From Geotalea uraniireducens Rf4 (GTDB lineage: Bacteria; Desulfobacterota; Desulfuromonadia; Geobacterales; Geobacteraceae), in contig NC_009483.1 of the NCBI RefSeq assembly GCF_000016745.1, positions 3,720,001-3,752,000 on the forward strand: a stretch of 32,000 nt of DNA, in the 5' to 3' direction. Both the position numbers and the translations under genes were made by a program. A model generated the notes under the pieces. That model was given only the letters and a program-made list of their open reading frames with translations, made no database searches and was not told where the DNA came from. This document shows positions 10,075 through 17,905 of this stretch, piece after piece (the first letter of the stretch is position 1; each line of letters starts with the position of its first letter).

Positions 10075-10112
10075 GTTGTGGGTTCTAAGTTCTAGGTTCT
10101 AGGTTCTAAGTT
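10075..10112. repeat. Heptanucleotide tandem array GTTGTGG GTTCTAA GTTCTAG GTTCTAG GTTCTAA GTT
   Basis: Read directly from the sequence. There are four clean 7-nt units at 10082-10109, one degenerate leading unit, and a partial trailing unit. Confidence 0.9.
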
Positions 10113-10120
10113 GCAAACTT

Positions 10121-10154
10121 AAGCCGCCGCGATAATTCGTGGGCGGCTTTTTTT
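10121..10154 (+). terminator. Rho-independent terminator after rpmB, possibly also used by the convergent ridA
   Basis: AAGCCGCC (10121-10128) pairs with GGCGGCTT (10142-10149), and the T-run extends to 10154. Confidence 0.65.
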
Positions 10155-10196
10155 CGTGGCTCCCGACCAACAGCAAGACAACCCGCCTCCATTTTT

Positions 10197-10214
10197 AACG
10201 TAGAACATAGAACA
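10197..10214. repeat. Inverted partner copy of the heptamer family: AACG TAGAACA TAGAACA
   Basis: It has two 7-nt units in the orientation opposite to the array at 10082-10112. It matches 13900-13917 at 16 of 18 positions. Confidence 0.8.
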
Positions 10215-10219
10215 GCTTC

Positions 10220-10603
10220 TTAGCCAATGAACGCAATAACTTCGATTTCAACCATTGCCCCCCGCGGCAGACCATTTACCTCCACTGTGGAACGGGCCGG
10301 TGGATTCACTGGAAAACGCCTGCCGTACACCTCGTTAACTGCGGCAAAGTCAGCCAGGTTCGTCAGAAATATGGTGCTCTTCACCACATCTGCGAAGCCG
10401 AGTCCGGCAGCGGCCAGAATCGCAGCGATGTTCTCCATCACCACCTCGGCCTGCTCCGCGCAGCTTGTGCCGCGCAATTCGCCGGTTGTGGGATCGAGCG
10501 GTATCTGACCGGAGAAGAACACGAATGCGCCGGCCCTCACCCCCTGCGAGTATGGCCCGATTGCCTTGGGCGCCTGATCGGTAACTATCATCTCTTTTTG
10601 CAT
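10220..10603 (-). CDS. ridA: RidA/YjgF/TdcF family reactive-intermediate deaminase
   Basis: The sequence includes APKAIGPYSQGV...FFSGQIPLDP.TGEL and a C-terminal ARSTVEV..LPRGAMVEIE. It is 127 aa. Confidence 0.88.
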   Translation of the reverse strand: MQKEMIVTDQAPKAIGPYSQGVRAGAFVFFSGQIPLDPTTGELRGTSCAEQAEVVMENIAAILAAAGLGFADVVKSTIFLTNLADFAAVNEVYGRRFPVNPPARSTVEVNGLPRGAMVEIEVIAFIG

Positions 10604-10639
10604 ACAAATCTCACTTTCTCTTCACAAAGAAGATGCCGC

Positions 10640-10681
10640 ACCATCAACCATCAACCATCAACCATCAACCATCAACCATCT
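10640..10681. repeat. Heptanucleotide tandem array (ACCATCA)x5 plus ACCATCT; GGTTGAT/TGATGGT units on the minus strand
   Basis: Read directly from the sequence. Six contiguous 7-nt units lie in the 88-nt rel-ridA spacer. Confidence 0.92.
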
Positions 10682-10691
10682 ACCGCCTTGA

Positions 10692-12842
10692 TCAGCTCTT
10701 GAGCCTGTCCACTTTTATCACGCCCTTCACCTTCATCACACTGTTGAAGACCCTGTTCAGGTGATCCAGGTCGGTCACATCCACCTCGAAGGTATTGATG
10801 CCGCGCTTGTCAACGGTGCTTTGGATGGAGGCGCTCACGATATTGGCCTCACAATTGGTGATCGCCGTAGTGATGTTTGCCAGAATTCCCTTCTCATCAT
10901 GGCAGGCAACCCTGATTTTAACCGGCAGGGCCGCCTTTTTATCCCTGCTCCAGGTCACATCGATGCGCCGTTCCGGATCACTATCCAAGGCAACGGGACA
11001 ATCGGCGGTATGAACGGTAACCCCTCGCCCCCTGGTAATAAAACCTGTGATGTCATCGCCGGGGAGAGGATTGCAGCATTTACCGAAACGAACCAGCACA
11101 TCTTCCACCCCGCTGATCTGAATGGCGCTGGAGGATTTGCCCTTGAGCTTCGCGATTACCTTGCCGATCCGTGTTTCTTTATGCTCTTGGACCTCTTCGA
11201 TTTTCACTGTTGGGAAAAGCTTGCCCAATATCTGGTTACAGGACAGCTTTCCATAACCAACCGCCGCCATAAGGTCATCTTCACCGACAAAGCCGAATTC
11301 CACCGCCACCCGTTTTATCTCGCCAGTCTTCTGCATTTTGGCAAAGTTCTGCGAATAACGACGAAACTCTTTCTCGCAGATTTCCCGCCCCAGGGTAATG
11401 CTACGCAGACGTTCCTCGGTCTTGATCCAGGCGCGGATCTTGTTCCGCGCCCGGGAACTTCTGACAATCTTCAGCCAATCCTTGCTGGGTGTGTGATGCG
11501 GGGAGGTGATGACTTCGACGATGTCACCGTTTTTCAGCTCATACTTCAGGGGCACCAGCTTGCCGTTTACCTTGGCGCCAACGCAACGATGGCCCACATC
11601 GGTATGGACGCTGTAGGCAAAGTCTATGGGGGTCGAGCCCTTTGGATACCCCTTGACATCGCCTTTGGGAGTAAAGACGTAGACCTCTTCAGGGAACAGC
11701 TCCACCTTGACCGTGTCCATGAATTCCCGCGAATCGTCAAGCTCCTGCTGCCACTCAAGGAGCTGCCGGAGCCAGGTGAAGCGCTTCACCTCTTTTTCGT
11801 CGTACCCCTTGCCCTCCTTATATTTCCAGTGGGCGGCAATCCCCGCCTCAGCGACACGGTGCATCTCCCCGGTCCTGATCTGCACCTCCATCCTCTCGCC
11901 ATAAGGCCCGATGACGGTGGTGTGAAGAGACTGGTACATGTTCCCCTTGGGCATGGCGATGTAATCCTTGAACCGGCCGGGAATCGGCTTCCAGGTAGAA
12001 TGGATTATCCCCAGCACCTCATAGCATTCGCGAATATCCTCGACCATCACGCGGATGGCGACCAGGTCATAGATTTCGTCGATATCCACACTGCGGCTCT
12101 GCATTTTCCGGTAGATGGAGTAGAGATGTTTGCTCCTTCCGGAAACCTCGCCCGTGATCCCGTGGTCAGCCAGTTTTTCCTTGATGATCTGCATGACCTC
12201 ATCCACATAGGATTCACGCTCTTTCTTCTTCTTTGTGACCTTGGATGCCAGATCGTAGTAGATTTGCGGATCAAGGTAGCGGAACGACAGATCTTCCAGT
12301 TCGCTCTTCACCCAGGAGATCCCGAGGCGATTGGCGATCGGTGCATAGATGTCGAGGGTCTCCTTGGCAATGCTGCGCTGTTTCGGCTCCGGCTGGTACT
12401 GAAGGGTGCGCATGTTGTGCAACCGGTCGGCCAGTTTGACCAGAATGACACGTATGTCATTGGCCATGGCCAGGAGCATCTTGCGGAAGTTTTCCGCCTG
12501 GCTTTCCTCCTTGGTCTTGAAATGGATCTTGCCGATTTTGGTGACGCCGTCAACCAGCCTGGCAACCTCGGCGCCGAACATCCCCTCCAGCTCCTCAAGG
12601 GTGGTCAGGGTATCCTCAACAGTGTCATGGAGAAGTCCTGTGACCACCGTGGGAACATCGAGCTTCAGGTCAGCAAGAATCCCCGCCACTTCCATGGGAT
12701 GGACCAGGTAAGGCTCGCCGGAAAGGCGGGTCTGCCCCTGGTGCACCTTGGCACAGAAGACGTACGCCTTTCGGACTAAATCCAGGTCGCATGCCGGGTT
12801 GTAGGAAGCAACCTTATCCAGAATGTCGTTGAGTCTGATCAT
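10692..12842 (-). CDS. rel: Bifunctional (p)ppGpp synthetase/hydrolase, long RSH (Rel/SpoT)
   Basis: It has an HD hydrolase region (HPMEVA...LLHDTVEDT), a synthetase region (YRSLHTTV-like: MYQSLHTTVIGP...EVQIRT), then TGS and ACT regions. It is 716 aa. The gmk-rpoZ-spoT order is conserved. Confidence 0.95.
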   Translation of the reverse strand: MIRLNDILDKVASYNPACDLDLVRKAYVFCAKVHQGQTRLSGEPYLVHPMEVAGILADLKLDVPTVVTGLLHDTVEDTLTTLEELEGMFGAEVARLVDGVTKIGKIHFKTKEESQAENFRKMLLAMANDIRVILVKLADRLHNMRTLQYQPEPKQRSIAKETLDIYAPIANRLGISWVKSELEDLSFRYLDPQIYYDLASKVTKKKKERESYVDEVMQIIKEKLADHGITGEVSGRSKHLYSIYRKMQSRSVDIDEIYDLVAIRVMVEDIRECYEVLGIIHSTWKPIPGRFKDYIAMPKGNMYQSLHTTVIGPYGERMEVQIRTGEMHRVAEAGIAAHWKYKEGKGYDEKEVKRFTWLRQLLEWQQELDDSREFMDTVKVELFPEEVYVFTPKGDVKGYPKGSTPIDFAYSVHTDVGHRCVGAKVNGKLVPLKYELKNGDIVEVITSPHHTPSKDWLKIVRSSRARNKIRAWIKTEERLRSITLGREICEKEFRRYSQNFAKMQKTGEIKRVAVEFGFVGEDDLMAAVGYGKLSCNQILGKLFPTVKIEEVQEHKETRIGKVIAKLKGKSSSAIQISGVEDVLVRFGKCCNPLPGDDITGFITRGRGVTVHTADCPVALDSDPERRIDVTWSRDKKAALPVKIRVACHDEKGILANITTAITNCEANIVSASIQSTVDKRGINTFEVDVTDLDHLNRVFNSVMKVKGVIKVDRLKS

Positions 12843-12909
12843 AATTGCTCATTCGGCTTACGCGCAGGGATGCGTTACCCGTCCCCTGCCATTAGCCTGA
12901 ATTAAAGAC

Positions 12910-12941
12910 AAAAAAAGGGCGGAAGCTTATAGTTTCCCCCC
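12910..12941 (-). terminator. Possible terminator or attenuator hairpin between rpoZ and rel
   Basis: The minus strand reads GGGGGGAAACTATAAGCTTCCGCCC followed by T7. The stem has one C-C mismatch. rpoZ and rel are usually co-transcribed, so any termination may be partial. Confidence 0.35.
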
Positions 12942-12955
12942 TTTACAACCCCGTA

Positions 12956-13165
12956 TTAACGGCTTTTACGGCCAGATATCTCGAAATTGACTTTACCCGC
13001 TGCAATTTCACGCAACGCAAGCACCACATTCTTATTGCCGGCCCTGTTATCAATAAGTGGTTTTGCGCCCTTGAAGAGCTGCTTTACCCTTTTTGATGCC
13101 AACATAACCAGCAAAAAACGATTATCCACTTTTTCCAGACAATCTTCAACAGTAACTCGTGCCAT
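12956..13165 (-). CDS. rpoZ: DNA-directed RNA polymerase omega subunit
   Basis: The protein opens [30 protein letters not shown] and is 69 aa. An AGGAG RBS lies upstream. Confidence 0.9.
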   Translation of the reverse strand: MARVTVEDCLEKVDNRFLLVMLASKRVKQLFKGAKPLIDNRAGNKNVVLALREIAAGKVNFEISGRKSR

Positions 13166-13204
13166 ATATGCTCCTTTGGAAAATGTGATAACGGGAAGAT
13201 GAAA

Positions 13205-13813
13205 TTAAATTTCGAACAGCTGTGAAACGCCTTCCAGCACCCTGTGGGTCTTGCATTGCTCGGCAATCAGCACCGACTTCAACTCTTCAACGGCCTTGCT
13301 GAAAACATCGTTGACAATGATGTAGTCATACCAGCGGGATTCTTTTATCTCATCAGCCGCAGCCTCGATACGCCGTTCGATCACCTCCGGAGCATCGGAA
13401 CTTCGACAATCGAGCCTGCGTCGCAATTCCTGAAAGCTCGGCGGAAGGACAAACAGGTAAACCGCCCCATGATAACGCCTCTTAAGCTGGTGCGCGCCCT
13501 GGCAATCGATATCCAGAATCACGTCGATACCGCACTTGCGGTATTCTTCCAGTGTTTTAAGGGCCGTACCGTAGTAATTGCCATGAACTTCAGCCCACTC
13601 GGCAAATTCTTCGGCCGCCACCATCCGTTTAAACTCGGCAATGGGTACGAAGTAATAATCCCGGCCATGCACCTCGCCGGGCCTTGCAGGACGCGTAGTG
13701 TAGCTGACAGAATGCCGCAAGTTCGGGAAAATGTCAATGACTTCCTTGCAGAGCGTGGTCTTTCCAGCCCCTGATGGAGCGGAAATAACGAATAAAATAC
13801 CTTCACGTTTCAT
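13205..13813 (-). CDS. gmk: Guanylate kinase
   Basis: It has the P-loop SAPSGAGKTTL plus SVSYTTRPARPGEVHGRDYYF. I chose the ATG at 13813 (MKREGILFV) because the track start at 13828 is a TTG. Confidence 0.92.
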   Translation of the reverse strand: MKREGILFVISAPSGAGKTTLCKEVIDIFPNLRHSVSYTTRPARPGEVHGRDYYFVPIAEFKRMVAAEEFAEWAEVHGNYYGTALKTLEEYRKCGIDVILDIDCQGAHQLKRRYHGAVYLFVLPPSFQELRRRLDCRSSDAPEVIERRIEAAADEIKESRWYDYIIVNDVFSKAVEELKSVLIAEQCKTHRVLEGVSQLFEI

Positions 13814-13832
13814 GGTTACCCCATTCAAAAAA

Positions 13833-13856
13833 GTTCGAAGTTCGACGTTCGAGGTT
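13833..13856. repeat. Heptanucleotide tandem array GTTCGAA GTTCGAC GTTCGAG GTT
   Basis: Read directly from the sequence. It lies in the yicC-gmk spacer. Confidence 0.9.
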
Positions 13857-13885
13857 TACAGTCAAATTAAGATGGAGGCTTTGTT

Positions 13886-13916
13886 AACCTAGAACTTAGA
13901 ACGTAGAACTTAGAAC
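13886..13916. repeat. Heptanucleotide tandem array AAC CTAGAAC TTAGAAC GTAGAAC TTAGAAC, opposite in orientation to 13833-13856
   Basis: Its reverse complement, GTTCTAA GTTCTAC GTTCTAA GTTCTAG GTT, matches the array at 10082-10112 at 28 of 31 positions. Confidence 0.9.
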
Positions 13917-13926
13917 GTCGCCTTTA

Positions 13927-14805
13927 TTACTCGATGTTCTGCACCTGCTCGCGGATTCTTTCAAGCTCTGCCTTGAGCTCCACCACGCAGAGCGCGATTT
14001 CCGCATCATTGGCCTTGGAACCGATGGTGTTCACCTCACGGTTGATTTCCTGTAAGAGAAAGTCCAGCTTGCGCCCTACCGGCTCATTGAGCGCAAGGGT
14101 CTCGTCAAACTGCTGCAAATGGCTGTTGAAACGGACCAATTCCTCGGTAATGTCGCAGCGGTCGGCCATGATGGCGACCTCCTGGGCCAGGCGTTCATCC
14201 GTGACAGTGCTGTCCAAAGCCAGCTGTGCCACCCGTTCCTTGATCCTCGCGGCGAACTCAGCCACCACCAGCGGCGACCGCTCTGCCACGCGATCAATGA
14301 TGACAGACAACAGCGACCGCCTTTTGCGCAGGTCATCCAACAACGTTTCGCCCTCCCGCGACCGCATGGCATCCAGACTGTCCGTCGCACGCTGCACAGC
14401 GGTCATAAGTTCCTCAGGGACCGACTCCGGGGCAGCAACGCTCTCGCTGACGCCCATCACATCCTTCTGTGCGGCAATAAGGGCCAATGACACCTCTTCG
14501 GCAAGGCCCAGGGCCTCCCTGATGCTGCTGAAAGCTCTGTAGTAGCTTCTTGCCAGGGGGAGGTTGACCGCTGGGCCGGCCGTCCCGCCGGCACTTTCCT
14601 CGCGCTGAACGAAGACCTCGATCTTGCCTCGCTTCAACCTCTGACTAACGGCTTTTTTTATGTCGTTCTCAAAGGGGAGGAACATGCGCGGCAACTTAAC
14701 AAAAATTTCCCCGTATCGATGGTTAACCGACCGTATCTCCACGATTATCCGGCCAGTGGGTAAATCAACCTCTGCCTTGCCGTAACCGGTCATGCTTTTT
14801 ATCAT
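13927..14805 (-). CDS. yicC: YicC family protein (YicC-N plus DUF1732)
   Basis: The N-terminus reads MIKSMTGYGKAE...EIRSVNHRY and the C-terminus reads LLQEINREVNTIGSKAND. It is 292 aa. Confidence 0.85.
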   Translation of the reverse strand: MIKSMTGYGKAEVDLPTGRIIVEIRSVNHRYGEIFVKLPRMFLPFENDIKKAVSQRLKRGKIEVFVQREESAGGTAGPAVNLPLARSYYRAFSSIREALGLAEEVSLALIAAQKDVMGVSESVAAPESVPEELMTAVQRATDSLDAMRSREGETLLDDLRKRRSLLSVIIDRVAERSPLVVAEFAARIKERVAQLALDSTVTDERLAQEVAIMADRCDITEELVRFNSHLQQFDETLALNEPVGRKLDFLLQEINREVNTIGSKANDAEIALCVVELKAELERIREQVQNIE

Positions 14806-14872
14806 ATCATCTCCTTACAGGGTTTTACGTTGGTAACAGCTTAAAGTTCCATTACTCAAGCCAGAGGGACGA

Positions 14873-15274
14873 TCAGGAAGGTATGCAGGAAAAGCCCTGT
14901 TCCCTGAAACGCTTGTCAAGGGTAAAGGCCGTTGTGATACCGAGCAGCCGCATAGTTTCAAAACTCACACAGTCCACAAGGCTCAGTTTCCTTCTTGAAG
15001 CGGAAAGCATGATGCCTACCGCTGCGCTGTGCAAGGTTTTGTCGATCCATTCAGTCTGCAGGACCGGGACAATATCCTCCTGGAATACCTTAGTCGCCGC
15101 AAGACCCAATCGGGTCTGCACGAGGGCAAAAGTTTCCACCAGAACATAATTTGTTGTTACCAGGAGATCATCGGATGACAACATGTCAACCCATGCGTTT
15201 TTTACCCTGGCGTGGCTTGCGTCGTCCCTGTCCAGTACCGCCAGAAATCCCGATGTATCAATAAAAATGCTCAT
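14873..15274 (-). CDS. vapC: PIN-domain toxin (VapC type)
   Basis: It is 133 aa and opens IFIDTSGFLAVLDRDD, carrying the first acidic PIN residue. It has later D/E positions and overlaps the upstream small gene as ATGA. Confidence 0.8.
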   Translation of the reverse strand: MSIFIDTSGFLAVLDRDDASHARVKNAWVDMLSSDDLLVTTNYVLVETFALVQTRLGLAATKVFQEDIVPVLQTEWIDKTLHSAAVGIMLSASRRKLSLVDCVSFETMRLLGITTAFTLDKRFREQGFSCIPS

Positions 15275-15519
15275 CCACTAAATGCCTCTGCCAGATAATC
15301 GTCGTGGTTTGCAGAAAGGTCATGAACTCCGGACTTAAAACGACCGACAGCCTTCATTGCCCGCTCCCTCTGCTTTTTGGGGTCCGCAACATCTTTGGAT
15401 CTGGCAAAAAAATCCACTGCCTGCCTGATAACCGCTGCCATGGACTTATGCTGAGATGCGGCAATTCTCTTTAGCATAGCCACCTGATTCTCAGACAACT
15501 GGATTTGGGTCCTCACCAT
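15271..15519 (-). CDS. Ribbon-helix-helix (CopG/Arc-like) antitoxin paired with the PIN toxin
   Basis: It is 82 aa. Its N-terminus, VRTQIQLSENQVAMLKRIAASQHKSMAAVIRQAV, fits the beta-alpha-alpha RHH pattern. It overlaps vapC by 4 nt at 15271-15274. Confidence 0.7.
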   Translation of the reverse strand: MVRTQIQLSENQVAMLKRIAASQHKSMAAVIRQAVDFFARSKDVADPKKQRERAMKAVGRFKSGVHDLSANHDDYLAEAFSG

Positions 15520-15554
15520 AAATTACTCCCGATAGTGATTACATTTTCACACAA

Positions 15555-15583
15555 ACGATAACAGTTCAACGGAGAGCTGTCAA
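15555..15583 (-). promoter_or_regulatory. Promoter candidate for the RHH-PIN operon
   Basis: On the minus strand, TTGACA is the complement of 15578-15583, followed by a 17-nt spacer and TATCGT (complement of 15555-15560). It lies about 35 nt upstream of the antitoxin ATG. Confidence 0.35.
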
Positions 15584-15686
15584 GCCGGATAAAACCGATA
15601 AACTCTTTCAGGGTTTTGCCCTAAAGTTCAAGTGATGCGCGTACCGTAGAAGATTGACTTTCAGATTGTGACTTAACGATGTACGG

Positions 15687-15963
15687 TTAGAAATTTGCAT
15701 GTGGCAGCGGGCCAGTAGCCAACGTACCGTCTCCGGTTTCCAGTTCGTTGCCACTGTTGGTTTCGGAGAGCATTTCCATGAGCTCATTGCGGATCTTGAT
15801 TCTCAAGGAATCGACGAAGGAAAGCGCCCTCTCCTCCACCCTGGTGACCAGATGGATCTCATGGTGCCGGGAGAGATTCTTCAGCACCCCATAGACGTAT
15901 CTTCACCCCCGCATGGGTCGCCTTTTCCTGGGGGAGGAACAGGGTGACAAATAGGATTTTCAT
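15687..15963 (-). pseudogene. Frameshifted and truncated N-terminal remnant of a family-4 (GT-B) glycosyltransferase
   Basis: From the ATG at 15963 one frame reads MKILFVTLFLPQEKATHAGV... and stops after 34 codons. The +1 frame continues RYVYGVLKNLSRHHEIHLVTRVEE..., which is the 66-aa track ORF. Joined, the two frames resemble the usual GT4 N-terminus (MKILF.T...P....GG...Y.L.K.LS..HE.HL.T). The frames switch at a G5 run, seen as C5 at 15906-15910 on the plus strand. About 90 codons remain, against the roughly 350-400 expected. Confidence 0.45.
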
Positions 15964-16046
15964 TTGGTTTATTTCCGAGCATCAGAAAAAAAAACTTGCA
16001 AAAGCCGCAAATCCTGCCATGAAACTAGCTGAAGTAAATATGAAGA

Positions 16047-16907
16047 CTATTTCCCAGTAAAAAGGAAAGTCGCAATATCTCCGTATCGAAGCTCGTGAAC
16101 AAGTTGAAGCTCTTCAGCTTTTGAATCAATAAATTGTTTAATCTGATTGAACCATTGCACCGGCACCTCGCGGTGCCTGCCCCAATCCTGCAGAATGATC
16201 AAGGTCTTCCCCGGAATGAAGGAGTGGCAGAATTGCTCATACCATGCTTGATTTGCATCAAAAGTCCTCCCGCAATCCACATAAAGAATCTCAATGGGGG
16301 AACCATTCCAAGTTAATAGAGGAATCGCCTCATTGCCATCGTATAAAGATATTCTTCGTTTTTCAACTGTTAATAAATTGCAAAATGAAGCAGAATATCT
16401 ATCAAATAAAAACTGGAAATCCTGATGGTCATCAAGCTGCTCCGATGGCGGGACCTTATCATTCATCCACGAAGATCTCCAGACAAAGTCATCGATAACG
16501 TGGAGTTTTTTGTCTGTAAAGTTGGGATTTTCCTTCAAGCCTTCCACAATGAAATAGGTGGAACGTCCGAGCCAAGGGCCAAGCTCAACCAACGCACCCC
16601 GCCCCGAATAAAACTTTCCAATATACGCGTAGTATCGGCATTCTTCTTGTGATATCATCCCAGGAATATCAACAGTAGTAATCTTCATGTGTTGCCAAGG
16701 ACTCTGATATTGCAATATACTATGAGTTAAGAGTTCAGAATTGTCGAAGCTCGCAATAGCGGGTACAGGAAGCTTCCCAAGTTTAGATTGGCGTATCCTG
16801 CCTTCGACTGCATTCTTCAGCGTGCTTAAGGCATCTGATATACTGCTAAGCTTTTTAACATCATCAATTTGCAGCAAAATCTTTTCTAAAATTGTATCTA
16901 ATCGCAT
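16047..16907 (-). CDS. Hypothetical protein with a class I SAM-methyltransferase-like fold (Methyltransf_24/TylF-like pattern)
   Basis: It is 286 aa. It has a motif I-like ALVELGPWLGRST, an acidic beta-2 end (KLHVIDDF) and ILYVDCG. It lies in the very AT-rich glycosyltransferase operon. The coding call is solid and the functional call is weak. Confidence 0.5.
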   Translation of the reverse strand: MRLDTILEKILLQIDDVKKLSSISDALSTLKNAVEGRIRQSKLGKLPVPAIASFDNSELLTHSILQYQSPWQHMKITTVDIPGMISQEECRYYAYIGKFYSGRGALVELGPWLGRSTYFIVEGLKENPNFTDKKLHVIDDFVWRSSWMNDKVPPSEQLDDHQDFQFLFDRYSASFCNLLTVEKRRISLYDGNEAIPLLTWNGSPIEILYVDCGRTFDANQAWYEQFCHSFIPGKTLIILQDWGRHREVPVQWFNQIKQFIDSKAEELQLVHELRYGDIATFLFTGK

Positions 16908-16926
16908 AGTTGCTGCTGCATCCTTT

Positions 16927-17895
16927 CTACTCCATTCTCGAATGACAATTAACCATACCCTTTATTTTAGCTCCTCTGAAAATACTCCATAAAGATTGAT
17001 AAAATAATCTCTCAGTAAGAGCATCCACTTCAAGGCCCAGCTCTAGTTTGGTATCTGCAATTTTTTCCAGACTTAAAGCTGAAGTTACTGCGGCTTTATA
17101 CACTGGCTCAATTTGCAGCCATTCCTCCTGAAACCCGTTTATTTCACACCATTTATCAACCTCAGGGTCAATATACATTGAGCTGAAAAGATACTGTGAA
17201 CTGCCTTGTTTGACAAGTCTTTGCAGAAAATCAGATAGATTTACTGAACGCGCCATATAACTGATTGCTTTAGGATTATAAATGACTTTGAAGCCGTGTT
17301 TTGATAAACGATATCCCAACTCTATATCTTCACAACCAAATCGAAATAAAGGGTTGAACGTGCCATGACTGACTAACATAGATCGTTTACAGGACGATCT
17401 ACCACCCCAGAAATAGGTGTAATCAATGGCTTTGCCTTTTTTTACATTAGGATAGGAAAAAAGGTAACAACCTACTTCTGTGATAAATTTCATCAATGAA
17501 GTAACTCGCAGTTCCGGCGACCACGTCGTATAATTCAATACAGCATATGAACTTTCGGGGTATTTGTTGTGCGTTTTGAGATGCTCTTCCAGTAAGGCAG
17601 GGGTGGCGATATCATCATCATCAAAAAAGAAAATGATATCTCCACACGCTTTTTCAATGCCGAGATTTTTTGCTGCCGCAAGCCCTGAATTATATTGATA
17701 AAAATATCTTATTGGTAATTGGTAGCGAAAAATATCTACCACGTCTTTTGTGCTGTCAGTTGACCCGTCATCGATAATTACAATTTCGTACCTTTCTCGT
17801 CCGAGGGTCTGCGTGAGAAGACTTTTCAACGCTAACTCAAGGTAACCAGCTCGATTGAAAGTGCAAATTACGACACTTAATGGTAACATGTGCAT
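16927..17895 (-). CDS. Family 2 glycosyltransferase
   Basis: It has the GT-A pattern LSVVICTFNRAGYLELALKSLLTQT...YEIVIIDDGSTDST...FFDDDD (DXD). It is 322 aa. Confidence 0.85.
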   Translation of the reverse strand: MHMLPLSVVICTFNRAGYLELALKSLLTQTLGRERYEIVIIDDGSTDSTKDVVDIFRYQLPIRYFYQYNSGLAAAKNLGIEKACGDIIFFFDDDDIATPALLEEHLKTHNKYPESSYAVLNYTTWSPELRVTSLMKFITEVGCYLFSYPNVKKGKAIDYTYFWGGRSSCKRSMLVSHGTFNPLFRFGCEDIELGYRLSKHGFKVIYNPKAISYMARSVNLSDFLQRLVKQGSSQYLFSSMYIDPEVDKWCEINGFQEEWLQIEPVYKAAVTSALSLEKIADTKLELGLEVDALTERLFYQSLWSIFRGAKIKGMVNCHSRME

Positions 17896-17905
17896 CTACC
17901 TCGTA

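Noticed and set aside
10761-12779. A 672-aa ORF on the plus strand, the longest alternative ORF in the window.
   Set aside because: It lies exactly antisense to the rel/spoT gene, whose product carries unmistakable HD, synthetase, TGS and ACT motifs. The antisense translation is G/D/L/H/P-rich with no recognisable motif. Long shadow ORFs of this kind are expected opposite well-biased coding frames in GC-rich DNA.
10075-13916. Whether the heptamer arrays could be a CRISPR array or coding repeats.
   Set aside because: The units are 7 nt with no spacers, and no cas genes are present. The arrays lie in short intergenic spacers, and the period is not a multiple of 3.
15590-15660. A GGGCAAAACCC hairpin followed by GAAAGAG on the minus strand, superficially like the first half of a c-di-GMP-I (GEMM-I) riboswitch.
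   Set aside because: The second half (the GACGCAAAGCC-type hairpin and closing helix) is absent. The segment also overlaps the predicted toxin-antitoxin promoter region.
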